DNA of 46,702 nucleotides from a virus (Duplodnaviria > Caudoviricetes): positions 1 through 46,702 of the IMG/VR virus record IMGVR_UViG_3300035135_000709, one strand, 5' to 3'. This document shows, one piece after another, positions 27,325-38,534 of the stretch; within the stretch, counting starts at the first letter, position 1, and every line of letters begins with the position of its first letter. Under the pieces are notes generated by a model. It had not been told where the DNA came from. It searched no databases and saw only the letters and a list, made by a program, of their open reading frames with translations. The position numbers were made by a program, and so were the translations under genes.

Positions 27325-28203
27325 ATGCCTATACGCAGGGTTTCTACAGCCGGTCCAGATACATACGTCAAGAAGATTGGCGGTATTCGCACTGGTACAA
27401 CTAAAGTACGAAAGATTACGATCGGCAGACCTGTAAGTCACGCCGTACAAAATCTATCATCTAATATTAAGACATTTGATGGTCTGGGAGATATACCAGG
27501 CATCGATGAGTTGAAACTAGGTGAGATTGGTATTAATACACAAGATGGTCGTTTGTATATCAAGCGAGCATATGACGGTGTAGAGACGATTGTCGAGATC
27601 GGTGCAGCTGGTGGTGGTGGTGATTTAAATGCGACCACAACGTTTAATGCATACATATACACGTCGGACGGGACGTTGCAGACAGTCGAGGGTGCGGATG
27701 ATGCGGGTAACGTATTACAGTATGATCCAGACCCTAACACTCCGTCAAGGATTCAAGTTTATTTGAACGGTGTCTTACTCCACCAAGGAATAGACTACGT
27801 TGCAAACGATGGGGCAAGTATTGTCCTAACTCACCTTGTTGGTGAGGAGCAGGTGGTTCAGGTAGCCGCCTATAACTCTACCGGAGTTTCCCTAAACAAT
27901 GACTTGATCGTAGACGATCATTTCTCATTGACATTAGGTACAAACGAAGAAACCCGCCTTTATCATAATGGAACTGACACTGTCATCAAACACTTAGGTT
28001 TCAATGACAGTCAATTCAAGATGCAATATCAGAATAACGACAAGTTCATTATGGATAATGCAGGCGTCCAACTAATTGGGTCATACAAACTCAACGGTGC
28101 GGATGTCGCCACTCAAACTGACATTGATCAGATTAACAACAGACTTGATGCGCTAGACAGTGATGTCCAAGAGATCAAGGCCCTACTGGCGCAATTAACC
28201 TAA
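27325..28203 (+). CDS. Putative fibre-associated structural protein
   Basis: LKLGEIGINTQDGRLYIK (T4 long-tail-fibre-type motif), IQVYLNGVLL..GIDY, and a C-terminal coiled coil. Confidence 0.6.
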   Translation: MPIRRVSTAGPDTYVKKIGGIRTGTTKVRKITIGRPVSHAVQNLSSNIKTFDGLGDIPGIDELKLGEIGINTQDGRLYIKRAYDGVETIVEIGAAGGGGDLNATTTFNAYIYTSDGTLQTVEGADDAGNVLQYDPDPNTPSRIQVYLNGVLLHQGIDYVANDGASIVLTHLVGEEQVVQVAAYNSTGVSLNNDLIVDDHFSLTLGTNEETRLYHNGTDTVIKHLGFNDSQFKMQYQNNDKFIMDNAGVQLIGSYKLNGADVATQTDIDQINNRLDALDSDVQEIKALLAQLT

Positions 28204-28231
28204 GTTATAGTCCAGTTAAACTCGTTTTTAA

Positions 28232-28239
28232 TATAAATA
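28232..28239 (+). promoter_or_regulatory. T4-type late promoter
   Basis: Exact TATAAATA, intergenic. Confidence 0.8.
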
Positions 28240-28275
28240 AAATCAGTATATTAACTGACCCTAGTATTCGAAGGT

Positions 28276-28635
28276 ATGATCAATAATAAGTCCTTTAACA
28301 GGGTACTTGCGGAGAGTCTATTCAATCTTGCAAAACAAAAGCAAGATGAGGTTTCTGCAACACCCGGCCAAGAAACTGCGTTATTCGATTATATCGAAGG
28401 TACCTCTTCATCGACGAATGATCGAACTGTAATACCTGAGGCGCAATCGATCACGGCCCCAGGCGACACTGCAGTATTCACTTTGAACGGTACTCCATCT
28501 CGCGATGACTTAATTGATGTTTGGGTGAATGATGTTCTTCAACACCCTGAAGAAATATATGAAACTATTGGTAATACTATTCATTTTTTTGTGATCCCTC
28601 CGCAAGGAACGGACATCTACATTAAATTTCGTTAG
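28276..28635 (+). CDS. Small structural protein
   Basis: GDTAVFTL...IDVWVNDVLQHP...NTIHFFVIPPQG, the same small beta-domain motif seen in 27325 and near the C-terminus of 28683. Confidence 0.6.
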   Translation: MINNKSFNRVLAESLFNLAKQKQDEVSATPGQETALFDYIEGTSSSTNDRTVIPEAQSITAPGDTAVFTLNGTPSRDDLIDVWVNDVLQHPEEIYETIGNTIHFFVIPPQGTDIYIKFR

Positions 28636-28682
28636 TATATTATTAAACGTTTAATTTCAACCTAACTCTAGGAGATTCACAG

Positions 28683-31600
28683 ATGTCATTTAGACAGATT
28701 AAATCACCTGCTCTAGCCGATAAGGCTGTCATCAACACCAAACTTGACGAAAGTGCGGTACAAGGACAGAGCACCCTAACGGGGATGACCTCAACGGACC
28801 AGTGTTTTACACTGTTGTACGATGTAGGTTCGGACTCGTTGAAGAAAATCGCAGCTGACGATTTCTTCGGTTCATTTACAACAGATGATTTAGTAGAAGG
28901 TTCTAGCCAATTATACTTCACTGACACACGTGCAAAGACTGCCGTCGCTCAGGATATCGCAGACGCAGTTGCAGTTGAGGAAACTCGTGCACTTGCGGCA
29001 GAAGGCGTACTACAAGCTGCAATCGATGCAGAGGTTGTACGTGCAACTGCAGCTGAACAAGCAAATGCTCTTGCAATTTCAAATGAAGTAACACGTGCAG
29101 TAACCCGCGAAGACGCAATCGAAGCCGCTTTCCAAGCTGCAGACGCTGCGTTGTCAGTACGTATCGATAACATCCTATCGAACACTGACGAAGTCGCACT
29201 AAACTCTCTAGCAGAAATCGTAACTGCGTTCCAAGACGCGGATGACGTACTAACTGCATCAACTATCGCAAACTCTAACGCAATCGCAACTGAAGTTGCA
29301 CGTGCAACTGCTGCAGAGCAGGCAAACGCAACTGCGATCGCAACTGAGACTACTCGTGCAACTACTGCAGAAGCTGATCTACAATCACAGATCACTACTG
29401 AAGTTGCAGCTCGTGTTGCAGGCGACAATGCGCTAGACGCACGTTTGACTACTGAAGAAGGTAATGTAGATCAACTACAAACTGACCTTGCAGCAGAAGT
29501 CTCACGCGCAACTGCCGCTGAGGCAGTCATCGCACAAGACCTTGCAGACGAAGTTACTCGTGCAACTGCGGCGGAAGCTGCGAACGCACAAGCGATCACT
29601 GACGAAATCAACGCACGTGCAGTAGCGGATACTCAAGTCCGTACTGACATGACTGCATTGATCAACTCTGGTGACGCTGCAACTCTACTATCAGCGAAGG
29701 CAAACGACGATCTATTGATTGGCGACGCTACTGTTGACGGTACTGCAGGCAACACTGTAACTGATCGCATCGCAACTGCTAAGGCAGAGGCGGTCGCAAG
29801 TGCATCTACTGACGCAACTTCTAAAGTCGCTTCAGAGACCGCTGCACGTCAGGCTGCAGATTCAGACCTACAGGCACAGATCGTTTCTAACGACGGTGAG
29901 ATCGCAACTCTACAATCAGAGATGGATGCGGTTGAAGTACGTGCCACTGATCTTGAATCTCGTGCGACTGTAGTTGAAGGTCGCGTCGATGATATCATCG
30001 GCACTTCACCAGAAACACTAGACACTTTGCAAGAGATCGTCGCTGCATTTGAAGCATCCGACTCAGACATCTCTGCACTTGTCAACTCTAACACTACTGC
30101 AATCACTAACGAAGCAACTGCTCGCTCATCTGCAGATACTATCCTACAGGGTAATATCGACGCAGAGGCTGCAACTCGTGCAGCTGCAGACGTTACTTTG
30201 CAGAACAACATTGACGCAATCGAACTTGACTACATCGAACGTGACGCGGTAGTTGCTGCAAACGCAGCCGCTGACGCAACTGCGAAGGCAGACGCTGCAG
30301 AAGCTGACGCAATCGCACACGCAGATGCACAAGACGCGGCACTAATCGGTGACGCATCTGTTGACGGTACTGCAGGCAACACTGTTACTGCACGTATTGC
30401 AACTGCTAAGTCAGAAGCGACTGCATACACCGATGCACAGGTAGCGGCAGAAGCTGGTATCCGTCAGTCGGCAGACGACGCACTATCTCTACGTACTACT
30501 TCACTAGAAGGTCGTATGGATACTGCAGAGGCAGACATCACTGCACTAGAAGGTGATCTGGCTACTGAAGTCGCTGCACGTACATCCGGTGACACAACTC
30601 TACAGGGTAACATCGACGCAGAAGCGACTACTCGTGCAGCTGCTGATACTACTCTACAACAAAACATCGACGCAGAAGAAACTGCACGTATCGCTGGTGA
30701 TGCAAGTCTACAGACTCAAATCACTGCGGAAGTTACTCGTGCAACTGGTGTCGAAGCGGGTCTACGTACTGACGTTGACGCAAACACTGTGGGTGTTGCA
30801 ACTAACGCAACTAACCTATCAAACGAGATCACTCGTGCACAGTCTGCGGAAGCGGGTCTACAGACTCAAATCACTAACGAAGTCAACCGTGCAACATCTG
30901 CAGAGGCAGCCCTTGCGGCAGCTGATTCAGACGAGCAGGCTGCACGTATCGCAGGTGACGCGGCACTACGTTCAGACGTAGATGTTAACACTGCAGACAT
31001 CGCAGGTCTTGATTCAGACCTATCTGCAGAAATTGCACGTGCACAGGCAGCAGAACTAGTACTAACTCAAGACCTAGCGGCAGAGGTAACTCGTGCAACT
31101 GGTATTGAGGCAGGTCTACGTACTGACGTTGACTCAGTAACTACTCGTGTTGACAACATCATCGGCACTTCACCAGAGACTTTAGATACTCTACAAGAAA
31201 TCGTTGCTGCATTCGAAGACGCAGACTCAGACCTACAAGCAGTTATCTCTGCAAACTCAGGTCGTTTGACTGTCAACGAAGGCGACATCGACGCTCTTGA
31301 AGTACGCGCAACTGACCTTGAGTCACGTGCAACTCTAGTCGAAGGTCGTGCAACTGCACTAGAAACTGAGCAGTTGGCACAAGGTAGCCGTCTAACTGTT
31401 AACGAAGGCGACATCGACGACCTAGAAGCGAAGGTTGGTACTGCAACACTAGACACCACTGCAACTGATCTATCAGCTGCAATCAACGAACTACACGGTG
31501 AACTAGACGTAGAAGCAGGTCATGTAGACGTATTGCAATCAGAAATGGATGCAGTTGAACTACGTGCAACTACACTAGAAGGTCGTGTTGATGGTATCGA

Positions 31601-33722
31601 TTCTGATCAGGTTGTTCAGAATACTCGCCTAACTAACGCTGAATCTGCTATCACTTCAATCGAAAGTAAGGTAGGTACTGGTACATTCGACACTACTGCA
31701 CAAGACACTGTCGGTGCGGTTAACGAAGTACACGGTGAACTAGACGCGGCAGTAGCTCGCATCGACGGTCACGATTCAGACGTATCATCACTACAAGCAC
31801 AGATCACTGCAGAAGTTAACCGTGCAACTACAGAAGAAGGTCTAATCCGTTCTGAGTTCGCAACAGAAGACACTGCAATCCGTTCTGAGTTCGCTGCGGC
31901 AGACGCAGTTGTTGCGGCTAACGCTGCGGCAGACGCGACTTCTAAGGCAAACGACGCAGAAGCGAATGCGAAAGTATACGCAGACGGAATCGTTGCAACT
32001 GAAGCAACTGATCGTGCAAACGCAGACGCAGTACTACAGTCTGCAATCGACGCAGAAGTAACTCGCGCAACATCTGCAGAAGCAGCATTGTCATCTCGTG
32101 CAACTGCACTAGAGACAGAAATGACTGCAACTCAGTCTGGCGCTGGTCTAACTACTGCTGGTAACTACATTACTCCAACTGGTACTAACTACATCGATCC
32201 AACTGTTTCGTTGGCAGACGCAGATCTAAAACTAGACACTGCAATCGGTGCAGAAGTAGCTCGCGCAACTGGTGTTGAGGCTGGTCTACAGACTCAGATC
32301 ACTAACGAAGTTGCAGCTCGCATTGCGGGTGATTCAGACCTACAAGGTCAGTTGGATGCGGAAATCGCACGTGCGACTGGTGTTGAGACAACTCAGGCTG
32401 GTCTAATCCAAGCGAACGCTGATGCGATCGCGGCAGAAAGTACTGCACGTCAATCCGCTGATGCAAACCTACAGTCTCAGATTGACTTCATCAAGTCAAA
32501 CACTGATTCGGCTGCACTAGACTCACTAACAGAGATTGTCAACGCATTCCAATCTGCTGACTCTACTCTAACTGGTCTAGTATCACAGAACCAAACTGAC
32601 ATCGCTGCAAACGCAACTGCAATCTCCACTGAAACTACTGCACGTATCGCTGAAGATGCGGCAATCCGTGGTGAGTTCGCAACTGCAGACGCAACCCTAC
32701 AGACTCAGATCGATGGTAAGGTAGCGAAAGCTGGTGACACTATGTCTGGTGTCTTGAACATGGGTTCAAACAAGATCTCTGGTCTTGCTGCAGGTTCAGT
32801 TGATTCAGACGCAGTCAACAAGGGTCAGATGGACGCAGGTCTTGCTGCACAGCACATCTCAGTATTCACCACTGGTGATCTTACTGAAGGATCTAACCTA
32901 TACTACACAGATGCACGTTCACGCGCTGCATTCTCTGTAACTGACGTAGATGGTGAAGGTAACGTATCTTACAACAGCACTTCAGGTGTTCTATCAGTAT
33001 CAACTGGTAAGGCATTCACTGAGTTGGAAGACGTTGCAACTGCTTCACTAGGTACTGATAAGGCTGGATTCGTTGCACGTGTTAAGACTGACGGCTCTGC
33101 GATCGAACTAGTCGATCCAGCAGAACTACAGTTCAACGACGCTAAGCGTCAAACAATCAACGGTGACGGTTCACAGACCGTATTCGCACTAGACTTCTAC
33201 ACTCAAGAAGCGAATGCAATGGTCTTCGTTGGTGGTGTTATTCAGGATCCATCTGTACACTACTCAATCGACGCTGTAAACCAGCAGATCACATTTAACA
33301 GTGCGATCCCTGTTGGTACTCAGGCGGTAATCATCGCTCAGTCTACTAACTCAGTCGGTGTCCTAGACCCAGGCTCAGTTGGCGTTGAAACTCTGGCGGA
33401 TAACGTTAAGGCGTTTATCCAAAGTAATGATGTAGTTGTGGGAACTTCTGCAACTGTGGTATCTTCGTTCAACAAGGGATCATACCGTTCTGCTAAGTAC
33501 GTTGTGACTGTCGAATTGAACGGTGAGTTCGAGACTCGTGAATGTCTAGTAACTCACGATGGTACTAATGCATACATCGTCGAGTACGGTATTGTCTTCA
33601 CTGGCGCAAGCCTACTAGGAGACACTGACGTACAGGTGAACGGTAGTTCAATCGAACTAACTTACACCGCAGTAGGCGTTGGTGCTGTTGTTAAAGTCGC
33701 TGCAGTATACGTTGACGCATAA
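28683..33722 (+). CDS. Long alpha-helical coiled-coil fibre protein
   Basis: Ala/Thr/Asp/Glu-rich EVxRATAAE repeats, four LDTLQEIVAAF-type knots, TTDDLVEGSSQLYFT motifs, C-terminal YRSAKYVV..LVTHDGTNAYIVEYG domain; GGAG Shine-Dalgarno. Confidence 0.8.
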   Translation: MSFRQIKSPALADKAVINTKLDESAVQGQSTLTGMTSTDQCFTLLYDVGSDSLKKIAADDFFGSFTTDDLVEGSSQLYFTDTRAKTAVAQDIADAVAVEETRALAAEGVLQAAIDAEVVRATAAEQANALAISNEVTRAVTREDAIEAAFQAADAALSVRIDNILSNTDEVALNSLAEIVTAFQDADDVLTASTIANSNAIATEVARATAAEQANATAIATETTRATTAEADLQSQITTEVAARVAGDNALDARLTTEEGNVDQLQTDLAAEVSRATAAEAVIAQDLADEVTRATAAEAANAQAITDEINARAVADTQVRTDMTALINSGDAATLLSAKANDDLLIGDATVDGTAGNTVTDRIATAKAEAVASASTDATSKVASETAARQAADSDLQAQIVSNDGEIATLQSEMDAVEVRATDLESRATVVEGRVDDIIGTSPETLDTLQEIVAAFEASDSDISALVNSNTTAITNEATARSSADTILQGNIDAEAATRAAADVTLQNNIDAIELDYIERDAVVAANAAADATAKADAAEADAIAHADAQDAALIGDASVDGTAGNTVTARIATAKSEATAYTDAQVAAEAGIRQSADDALSLRTTSLEGRMDTAEADITALEGDLATEVAARTSGDTTLQGNIDAEATTRAAADTTLQQNIDAEETARIAGDASLQTQITAEVTRATGVEAGLRTDVDANTVGVATNATNLSNEITRAQSAEAGLQTQITNEVNRATSAEAALAAADSDEQAARIAGDAALRSDVDVNTADIAGLDSDLSAEIARAQAAELVLTQDLAAEVTRATGIEAGLRTDVDSVTTRVDNIIGTSPETLDTLQEIVAAFEDADSDLQAVISANSGRLTVNEGDIDALEVRATDLESRATLVEGRATALETEQLAQGSRLTVNEGDIDDLEAKVGTATLDTTATDLSAAINELHGELDVEAGHVDVLQSEMDAVELRATTLEGRVDGIDSDQVVQNTRLTNAESAITSIESKVGTGTFDTTAQDTVGAVNEVHGELDAAVARIDGHDSDVSSLQAQITAEVNRATTEEGLIRSEFATEDTAIRSEFAAADAVVAANAAADATSKANDAEANAKVYADGIVATEATDRANADAVLQSAIDAEVTRATSAEAALSSRATALETEMTATQSGAGLTTAGNYITPTGTNYIDPTVSLADADLKLDTAIGAEVARATGVEAGLQTQITNEVAARIAGDSDLQGQLDAEIARATGVETTQAGLIQANADAIAAESTARQSADANLQSQIDFIKSNTDSAALDSLTEIVNAFQSADSTLTGLVSQNQTDIAANATAISTETTARIAEDAAIRGEFATADATLQTQIDGKVAKAGDTMSGVLNMGSNKISGLAAGSVDSDAVNKGQMDAGLAAQHISVFTTGDLTEGSNLYYTDARSRAAFSVTDVDGEGNVSYNSTSGVLSVSTGKAFTELEDVATASLGTDKAGFVARVKTDGSAIELVDPAELQFNDAKRQTINGDGSQTVFALDFYTQEANAMVFVGGVIQDPSVHYSIDAVNQQITFNSAIPVGTQAVIIAQSTNSVGVLDPGSVGVETLADNVKAFIQSNDVVVGTSATVVSSFNKGSYRSAKYVVTVELNGEFETRECLVTHDGTNAYIVEYGIVFTGASLLGDTDVQVNGSSIELTYTAVGVGAVVKVAAVYVDA

Positions 33723-33724
33723 TG

Positions 33725-33779
33725 AACACTGATGAGGTGGGGGACGTGCCCCACCTTATATCATACAGACATTAGTGTT
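33725..33779 (+). terminator. Intergenic stem-loop (terminator or RNA processing/stability element)
   Basis: Inner stem aggtgggg/ccccacct, outer stem aacactgatg/cattagtgtt; weak U tail. Confidence 0.5.
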
Positions 33780-33803
33780 TTAACTCAACAAAGGTAAAGA
33801 AAA

Positions 33804-36800
33804 ATGAGTACAAATAAAAAGTTCAGAATACAGAACGGTCTCGATGTCACTGGTGAAGTGGTCGTCGGTGGCGTTACTGTAATTAACGCTGACGGTACCG
33901 TTGTTTCCGATGTAAGTGACCAACTTGTTCCTCTTCAGGCAGATGTTGCGGCCTTAGAAACTTCAATCGCAAACATTCTTGGTACATCGCCAGAAACTCT
34001 TGATACCCTTCAAGAGCTGGTTGCCGCATATGAAAGTGCGGATGCAGATCTGACTGTCTTGGTTACGCAAACTAGCCAAGCTGTTACAGATCTGGAAAAC
34101 TCAGTAGGTGCGGGTGCGGCATTGACTGTTACATCTCAACCTACTACTATTAACTATGAAGAGTCATTGGGTTCAGTATTCAAGATATTTGCATCTGATA
34201 ATCATGATCAGGGTATATTATACTCTTCGAATAACTATAACTCAGTTACAGTTTTCAACAGATATAATACATCTAACTCTGCACTACAAGAAGAAGGGTT
34301 CGATAAGTCTTTTGTAACTTCAGACGCATTCTTCTTGCATCATGACGACAGAGTTATCGAATATCCATTAGATGAAAATGCGATCGAGAACGATCAACGT
34401 GCAGTAGAATACGTTGGTTGGCCAGCTAACGAATATAGCAGAATGATATACGCGGATGATGACGTGGTTGCGTTAATCACCGATGATAATATGTCTTCTG
34501 CACGATTCCGTGTATGGACTCGTGGTGACGGTTATTCTGGTACAACTATTGCCATTCCAACACCTGCAGAGGATTGGAACCATTCTTGGGGTAGAACAAT
34601 CACTCGAGCTGGGGACTACTTTGTAATTGGTGGTTCTCGTGGTGGTTCGATTCATAACCTAGACGGATCTTTCGTCAAGTACTTCTATGCAAGCACATAT
34701 TTCTCAAACACTCAAGATGTTAACTTCGGTGGAGACAATAAGAAATCTGCAGTAGCATCTTACGGAAATACACTTGTTATTGGTTGTCCAAATGCCGCTC
34801 GCAGAAGTGGTATCGGTGCTACAGGTGCGATATTAATCTTCGACATGAATGATTTTAACATCATGCCGACGGTTGTATATTGTCCAACACCAGATTACCC
34901 GAATGATAAATTTGGTTATTCGGTTGATGTGACTGCTGATCGTATTTACGTTTCGGCCCCAGGCATCAACCAGACTAATGGCGACCATCCTAAAGGTCGT
35001 GCGTTCGTCTTGGAGTTAGATGGTACTTTGGTACAAGAGATAACCGATCCAAACCCTAACAGCATCTACCGTAACTTTGCGTATTTCCTTGGTGTTTCTG
35101 GAACTACTTTGGCTATCGCTGCAGAGGGTTATGATAACTCTATCGGAAGTAAAGGTGGTATCTACCTATATGACACTGAAGATTTAGCCTCAGGTCATGT
35201 TGAAGAACTAGTTTACCCAGGCACTGATTTAGATTATCCAAAGCGATTCCACGTAACTACTGCAGAGCTGTTGACACAAGCTGCATCCGACGTTATCGTT
35301 CCATCGTCAGGTGTTGTTCCTGCTATCAACTATCTTGAAGACAAGACAAATGATATGCAGACTGAGATCAATGCTCTGACAGGTCAGGACACGTCTCTAA
35401 GTACGTCTATCGATGCAAACACTGCAGCGATTACTGCTGAGACTGCACGTGCACAGGCCGCGGAGTCTGCGAACTGGAATGCAATCCAGAACGAAATCAC
35501 ACGTGCGACTGCGGTAGAAGATGCAAATACTTCTGCAATCTCAGATGAAAGTGTTGCACGTGCGGCTGGTGACTCTGCGTTACAATCACAGATTGATGCG
35601 ATTGTTGGTACGTCTCCAGAGACTTTGGATACACTACAAGAAATTGTAGCGGCATTCGAAGGTGCAGATAGTGACCTACAGGCAGTGATGACCGCAAACG
35701 CTTCTACGATCTCTGAGTTAGAGAGCGCTATTGGCTCTAATGTTTCTACCGATCCAAACCTACCTGCATCATTTAGTGTTGATGGATATGGTTCTGGTTA
35801 TCACTCAGACTTCTTCAAGACTATAAGTGGAGAGTCGTATACTATAAGTGGTAACAATAGTGGTAGTCCGTTCTATGTTCGTGTAATTGATGTAGATGGT
35901 AATCAGTTAGAAAACATTTATATGAACCCGAATGGGGTTAGTTGGTCAGGATCATTTACTGGTAACGGTTCTGTTGTAAAACTACAGTTCTACATTGACC
36001 ATGAAAACCCACAAAGCTTCAACTCTGTATCGTTCTCAGGAACTACGGGTTCTGCTGGTTTAGAGACAACAGCTACAACAGTATTTGGTGCGGTTAACGA
36101 ACTACACACCGAACTACAGACACTTGCCGGTTTAGACACTAGCATTGTGAGTGACGTGTCTGCAAACACTCAGGCGATCGCTGACGAAGTTGCCCGTGCA
36201 ACTGCGGCAGAGGCTTCACTGTCTACTTCGATTTCAAATGAGTCAACTGCACGTAACACTGCAGTAAGTGGTCTACAATCACAGGTCACTTCTAACGCAT
36301 CTGCAATCACTGCAGAAGAGTCTCGTGCACTAGCTGCAGAGGCAGGTCTTGCAACTCAAATCGCTGCAGAATCTACTGCACGTGATAGTGCAATCTCTGC
36401 TGAGGCTTCACTACGTGAGGCGGGTGACGCTGCACTACAGGCTGCAATCGACGCAAGTGTATCGACTACTGATCTAAGTGTTAGTGGTACTGCAACATTC
36501 GAGGGCGGAATCAACGTTGGTTCTAACGGTGGTTCAATCGGATACGACGACACTTCTGAAGATATTCAGATGATGTCAGATGTGGATATGCAAGGTAACT
36601 TGATCCACAATCTAGGTACTCCGGTAGACGCTACAGACGCTGCATCTAAGTCATATGTTGACGGTCGTATCAGTGATGTTATCGGTGGTTCGGTTGAGTC
36701 ACTAGACACAATCCAAGAAGTTGTTGCTGCATTCGAAAGTGCTGATAGTGATATCCAGGGCTTGATCGCGGCAAATACTGCAAACCACGCAACTAATGCA

Positions 36801-38516
36801 GCTGCAATCTCTGCAGAAAGTACTGCTCGTCAGACAGCAGATACTACTCTACAGGGTAACATTGACGCAGAGGCAAGTGCACGTTCCGCGGCTGACTCCA
36901 ATCTACAAGCGAGTATAGACGCAGAAGTTGCACGTGCAACTGCAGCAGAGGCACAAAACGCAACTGACATTGATTCACTAGAGTCAACTGTTGGTTCGGT
37001 AGATGTTCAACTACTACCTTCTTCTGTTACTGCAAATACTTATGACACATTGTATACAACAACAGTTAATACTGTTATTGGTCAACAATATACAATCTCA
37101 TTCGATTATTCTAACCCAGACAAAGGGTTTGGTTTCTATGTTTGGAGTGAAGCAGGAAACATCAATAATGCAGATATAGTAGATGAAAACTTCTCTAGTG
37201 CGGCAAACTCTTCGGGTTCAGGTAGCAGAACATATACATTTACTGCAACATCTGAAACTACTGGGATTGCGGTTAGACCAGAAAACAACAACAGCATTCC
37301 TGTACAGATCACCAACTTGAGTATGCCTTCTCCGGCTCCGACTCTAAACACGACTGCACAGGTAGTTATTCCTGCGATTAACGAAGTTCTTGCAGCAGTA
37401 AACTCTTCGTCTACTGCATCTGCAAGTGATCTTGCTGCGGAAACTGCGGCACGTATCGCGGGTGACTCTGACGTAACTGCAAGTCTTGCAGGTGAAACTG
37501 CAGCTCGTATTGCGGGTGACGGTTCACTACAGTCTCAGATCGACGCAGTCGAATCTGCAGTACAGGCAATCACTAGCGGTTCAGTTGCATCACTAGACAC
37601 TCTAGTAGAAGTTGTATCTGCATTCGAGAATGCGGACTCAGATCTACAAGCGTTGATGACTGCAAACTCATCTTCGATCTCAGGTGTTGACACTCGTGTC
37701 GGTACCCTAGAGACTGAAATGGATGCAGTTGAAGGTGTTGCGTCAGCAAATGCAAGTTTGTTGTCAACTCACTCATCATCAATCGCAGGTTTGGATAGTG
37801 ATGTTTCTTCACTACAGTCATTCACTGGTCAAGGTACTGCACTAGGTACTGCGGCAGTATCATTGGCTGCAGCGATCAACGAAATTCACAATGAGTTGAA
37901 TTCAGTTGTCGCTGATCTAGGTGTTGAAACTGCACGTGCGGCCGCGAAAGAGAACAGTCTTGATTCGGATATCGACGATGAGACTGCAGCTCGTATCGCA
38001 GGTGACGCAGGTCTACAGTCACAAATCGATTCACTATCAACGTCTCTAACTGACGAAGGTACTGGACGTGACTCAGACGTTGCAAGCCTACAGTCGCAGA
38101 TCAACTCTATCGTGTCCAATACTGATTCTGCAGCGCTAGACTCTCTAACTGAGATCGTCGCAGCGTTCCAGAGTGCAGATGGTTCACTAAGTCAGTTGAT
38201 CACTAACAACCAGACTGACATCACTTCACACAATACTCGTATTGGTGTGATTGAAGCTTGGACTACTGATAACCTTCCAGAAGGTTCAGTCAACAAGTAC
38301 TTCAACGACAGTGACGTTAAGGCATGTTTGTCAGGCGGTCTATGTATCGACTACGACGCGTCAACTGGTGTTATCGCGATTGACGAGGCAGAAGCTGCAA
38401 CTTCATTGAAGACTGCAGAATCATTCGCTTCGGATGATGCATCTAAACTAGAAGGTCAGGCAGGTTCTTACTACCGTATCGATGTCTACGACATCAACGG
38501 TTCAGTTGTGAACTAA
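33804..38516 (+). CDS. Coiled-coil fibre protein (paralog of 28683) with inserted beta-propeller-like and two small beta-rich domains
   Basis: MSTNKKFRIQNGL start; five LDTLQE-type knots; FG-GAP-like blades (LVIGCPNA, KFGYSVDV..IYVSAPG, LAIAAEG..GGIYLY). Confidence 0.8.
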   Translation: MSTNKKFRIQNGLDVTGEVVVGGVTVINADGTVVSDVSDQLVPLQADVAALETSIANILGTSPETLDTLQELVAAYESADADLTVLVTQTSQAVTDLENSVGAGAALTVTSQPTTINYEESLGSVFKIFASDNHDQGILYSSNNYNSVTVFNRYNTSNSALQEEGFDKSFVTSDAFFLHHDDRVIEYPLDENAIENDQRAVEYVGWPANEYSRMIYADDDVVALITDDNMSSARFRVWTRGDGYSGTTIAIPTPAEDWNHSWGRTITRAGDYFVIGGSRGGSIHNLDGSFVKYFYASTYFSNTQDVNFGGDNKKSAVASYGNTLVIGCPNAARRSGIGATGAILIFDMNDFNIMPTVVYCPTPDYPNDKFGYSVDVTADRIYVSAPGINQTNGDHPKGRAFVLELDGTLVQEITDPNPNSIYRNFAYFLGVSGTTLAIAAEGYDNSIGSKGGIYLYDTEDLASGHVEELVYPGTDLDYPKRFHVTTAELLTQAASDVIVPSSGVVPAINYLEDKTNDMQTEINALTGQDTSLSTSIDANTAAITAETARAQAAESANWNAIQNEITRATAVEDANTSAISDESVARAAGDSALQSQIDAIVGTSPETLDTLQEIVAAFEGADSDLQAVMTANASTISELESAIGSNVSTDPNLPASFSVDGYGSGYHSDFFKTISGESYTISGNNSGSPFYVRVIDVDGNQLENIYMNPNGVSWSGSFTGNGSVVKLQFYIDHENPQSFNSVSFSGTTGSAGLETTATTVFGAVNELHTELQTLAGLDTSIVSDVSANTQAIADEVARATAAEASLSTSISNESTARNTAVSGLQSQVTSNASAITAEESRALAAEAGLATQIAAESTARDSAISAEASLREAGDAALQAAIDASVSTTDLSVSGTATFEGGINVGSNGGSIGYDDTSEDIQMMSDVDMQGNLIHNLGTPVDATDAASKSYVDGRISDVIGGSVESLDTIQEVVAAFESADSDIQGLIAANTANHATNAAAISAESTARQTADTTLQGNIDAEASARSAADSNLQASIDAEVARATAAEAQNATDIDSLESTVGSVDVQLLPSSVTANTYDTLYTTTVNTVIGQQYTISFDYSNPDKGFGFYVWSEAGNINNADIVDENFSSAANSSGSGSRTYTFTATSETTGIAVRPENNNSIPVQITNLSMPSPAPTLNTTAQVVIPAINEVLAAVNSSSTASASDLAAETAARIAGDSDVTASLAGETAARIAGDGSLQSQIDAVESAVQAITSGSVASLDTLVEVVSAFENADSDLQALMTANSSSISGVDTRVGTLETEMDAVEGVASANASLLSTHSSSIAGLDSDVSSLQSFTGQGTALGTAAVSLAAAINEIHNELNSVVADLGVETARAAAKENSLDSDIDDETAARIAGDAGLQSQIDSLSTSLTDEGTGRDSDVASLQSQINSIVSNTDSAALDSLTEIVAAFQSADGSLSQLITNNQTDITSHNTRIGVIEAWTTDNLPEGSVNKYFNDSDVKACLSGGLCIDYDASTGVIAIDEAEAATSLKTAESFASDDASKLEGQAGSYYRIDVYDINGSVVN

Positions 38517-38534
38517 TCCACTTCAGATGAATAG

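Noticed and set aside
28918-38119. Antisense ORFs across the coiled-coil fibre genes
   Set aside because: Expected from Ala/Thr codon bias (gca/act); no recognisable motifs.
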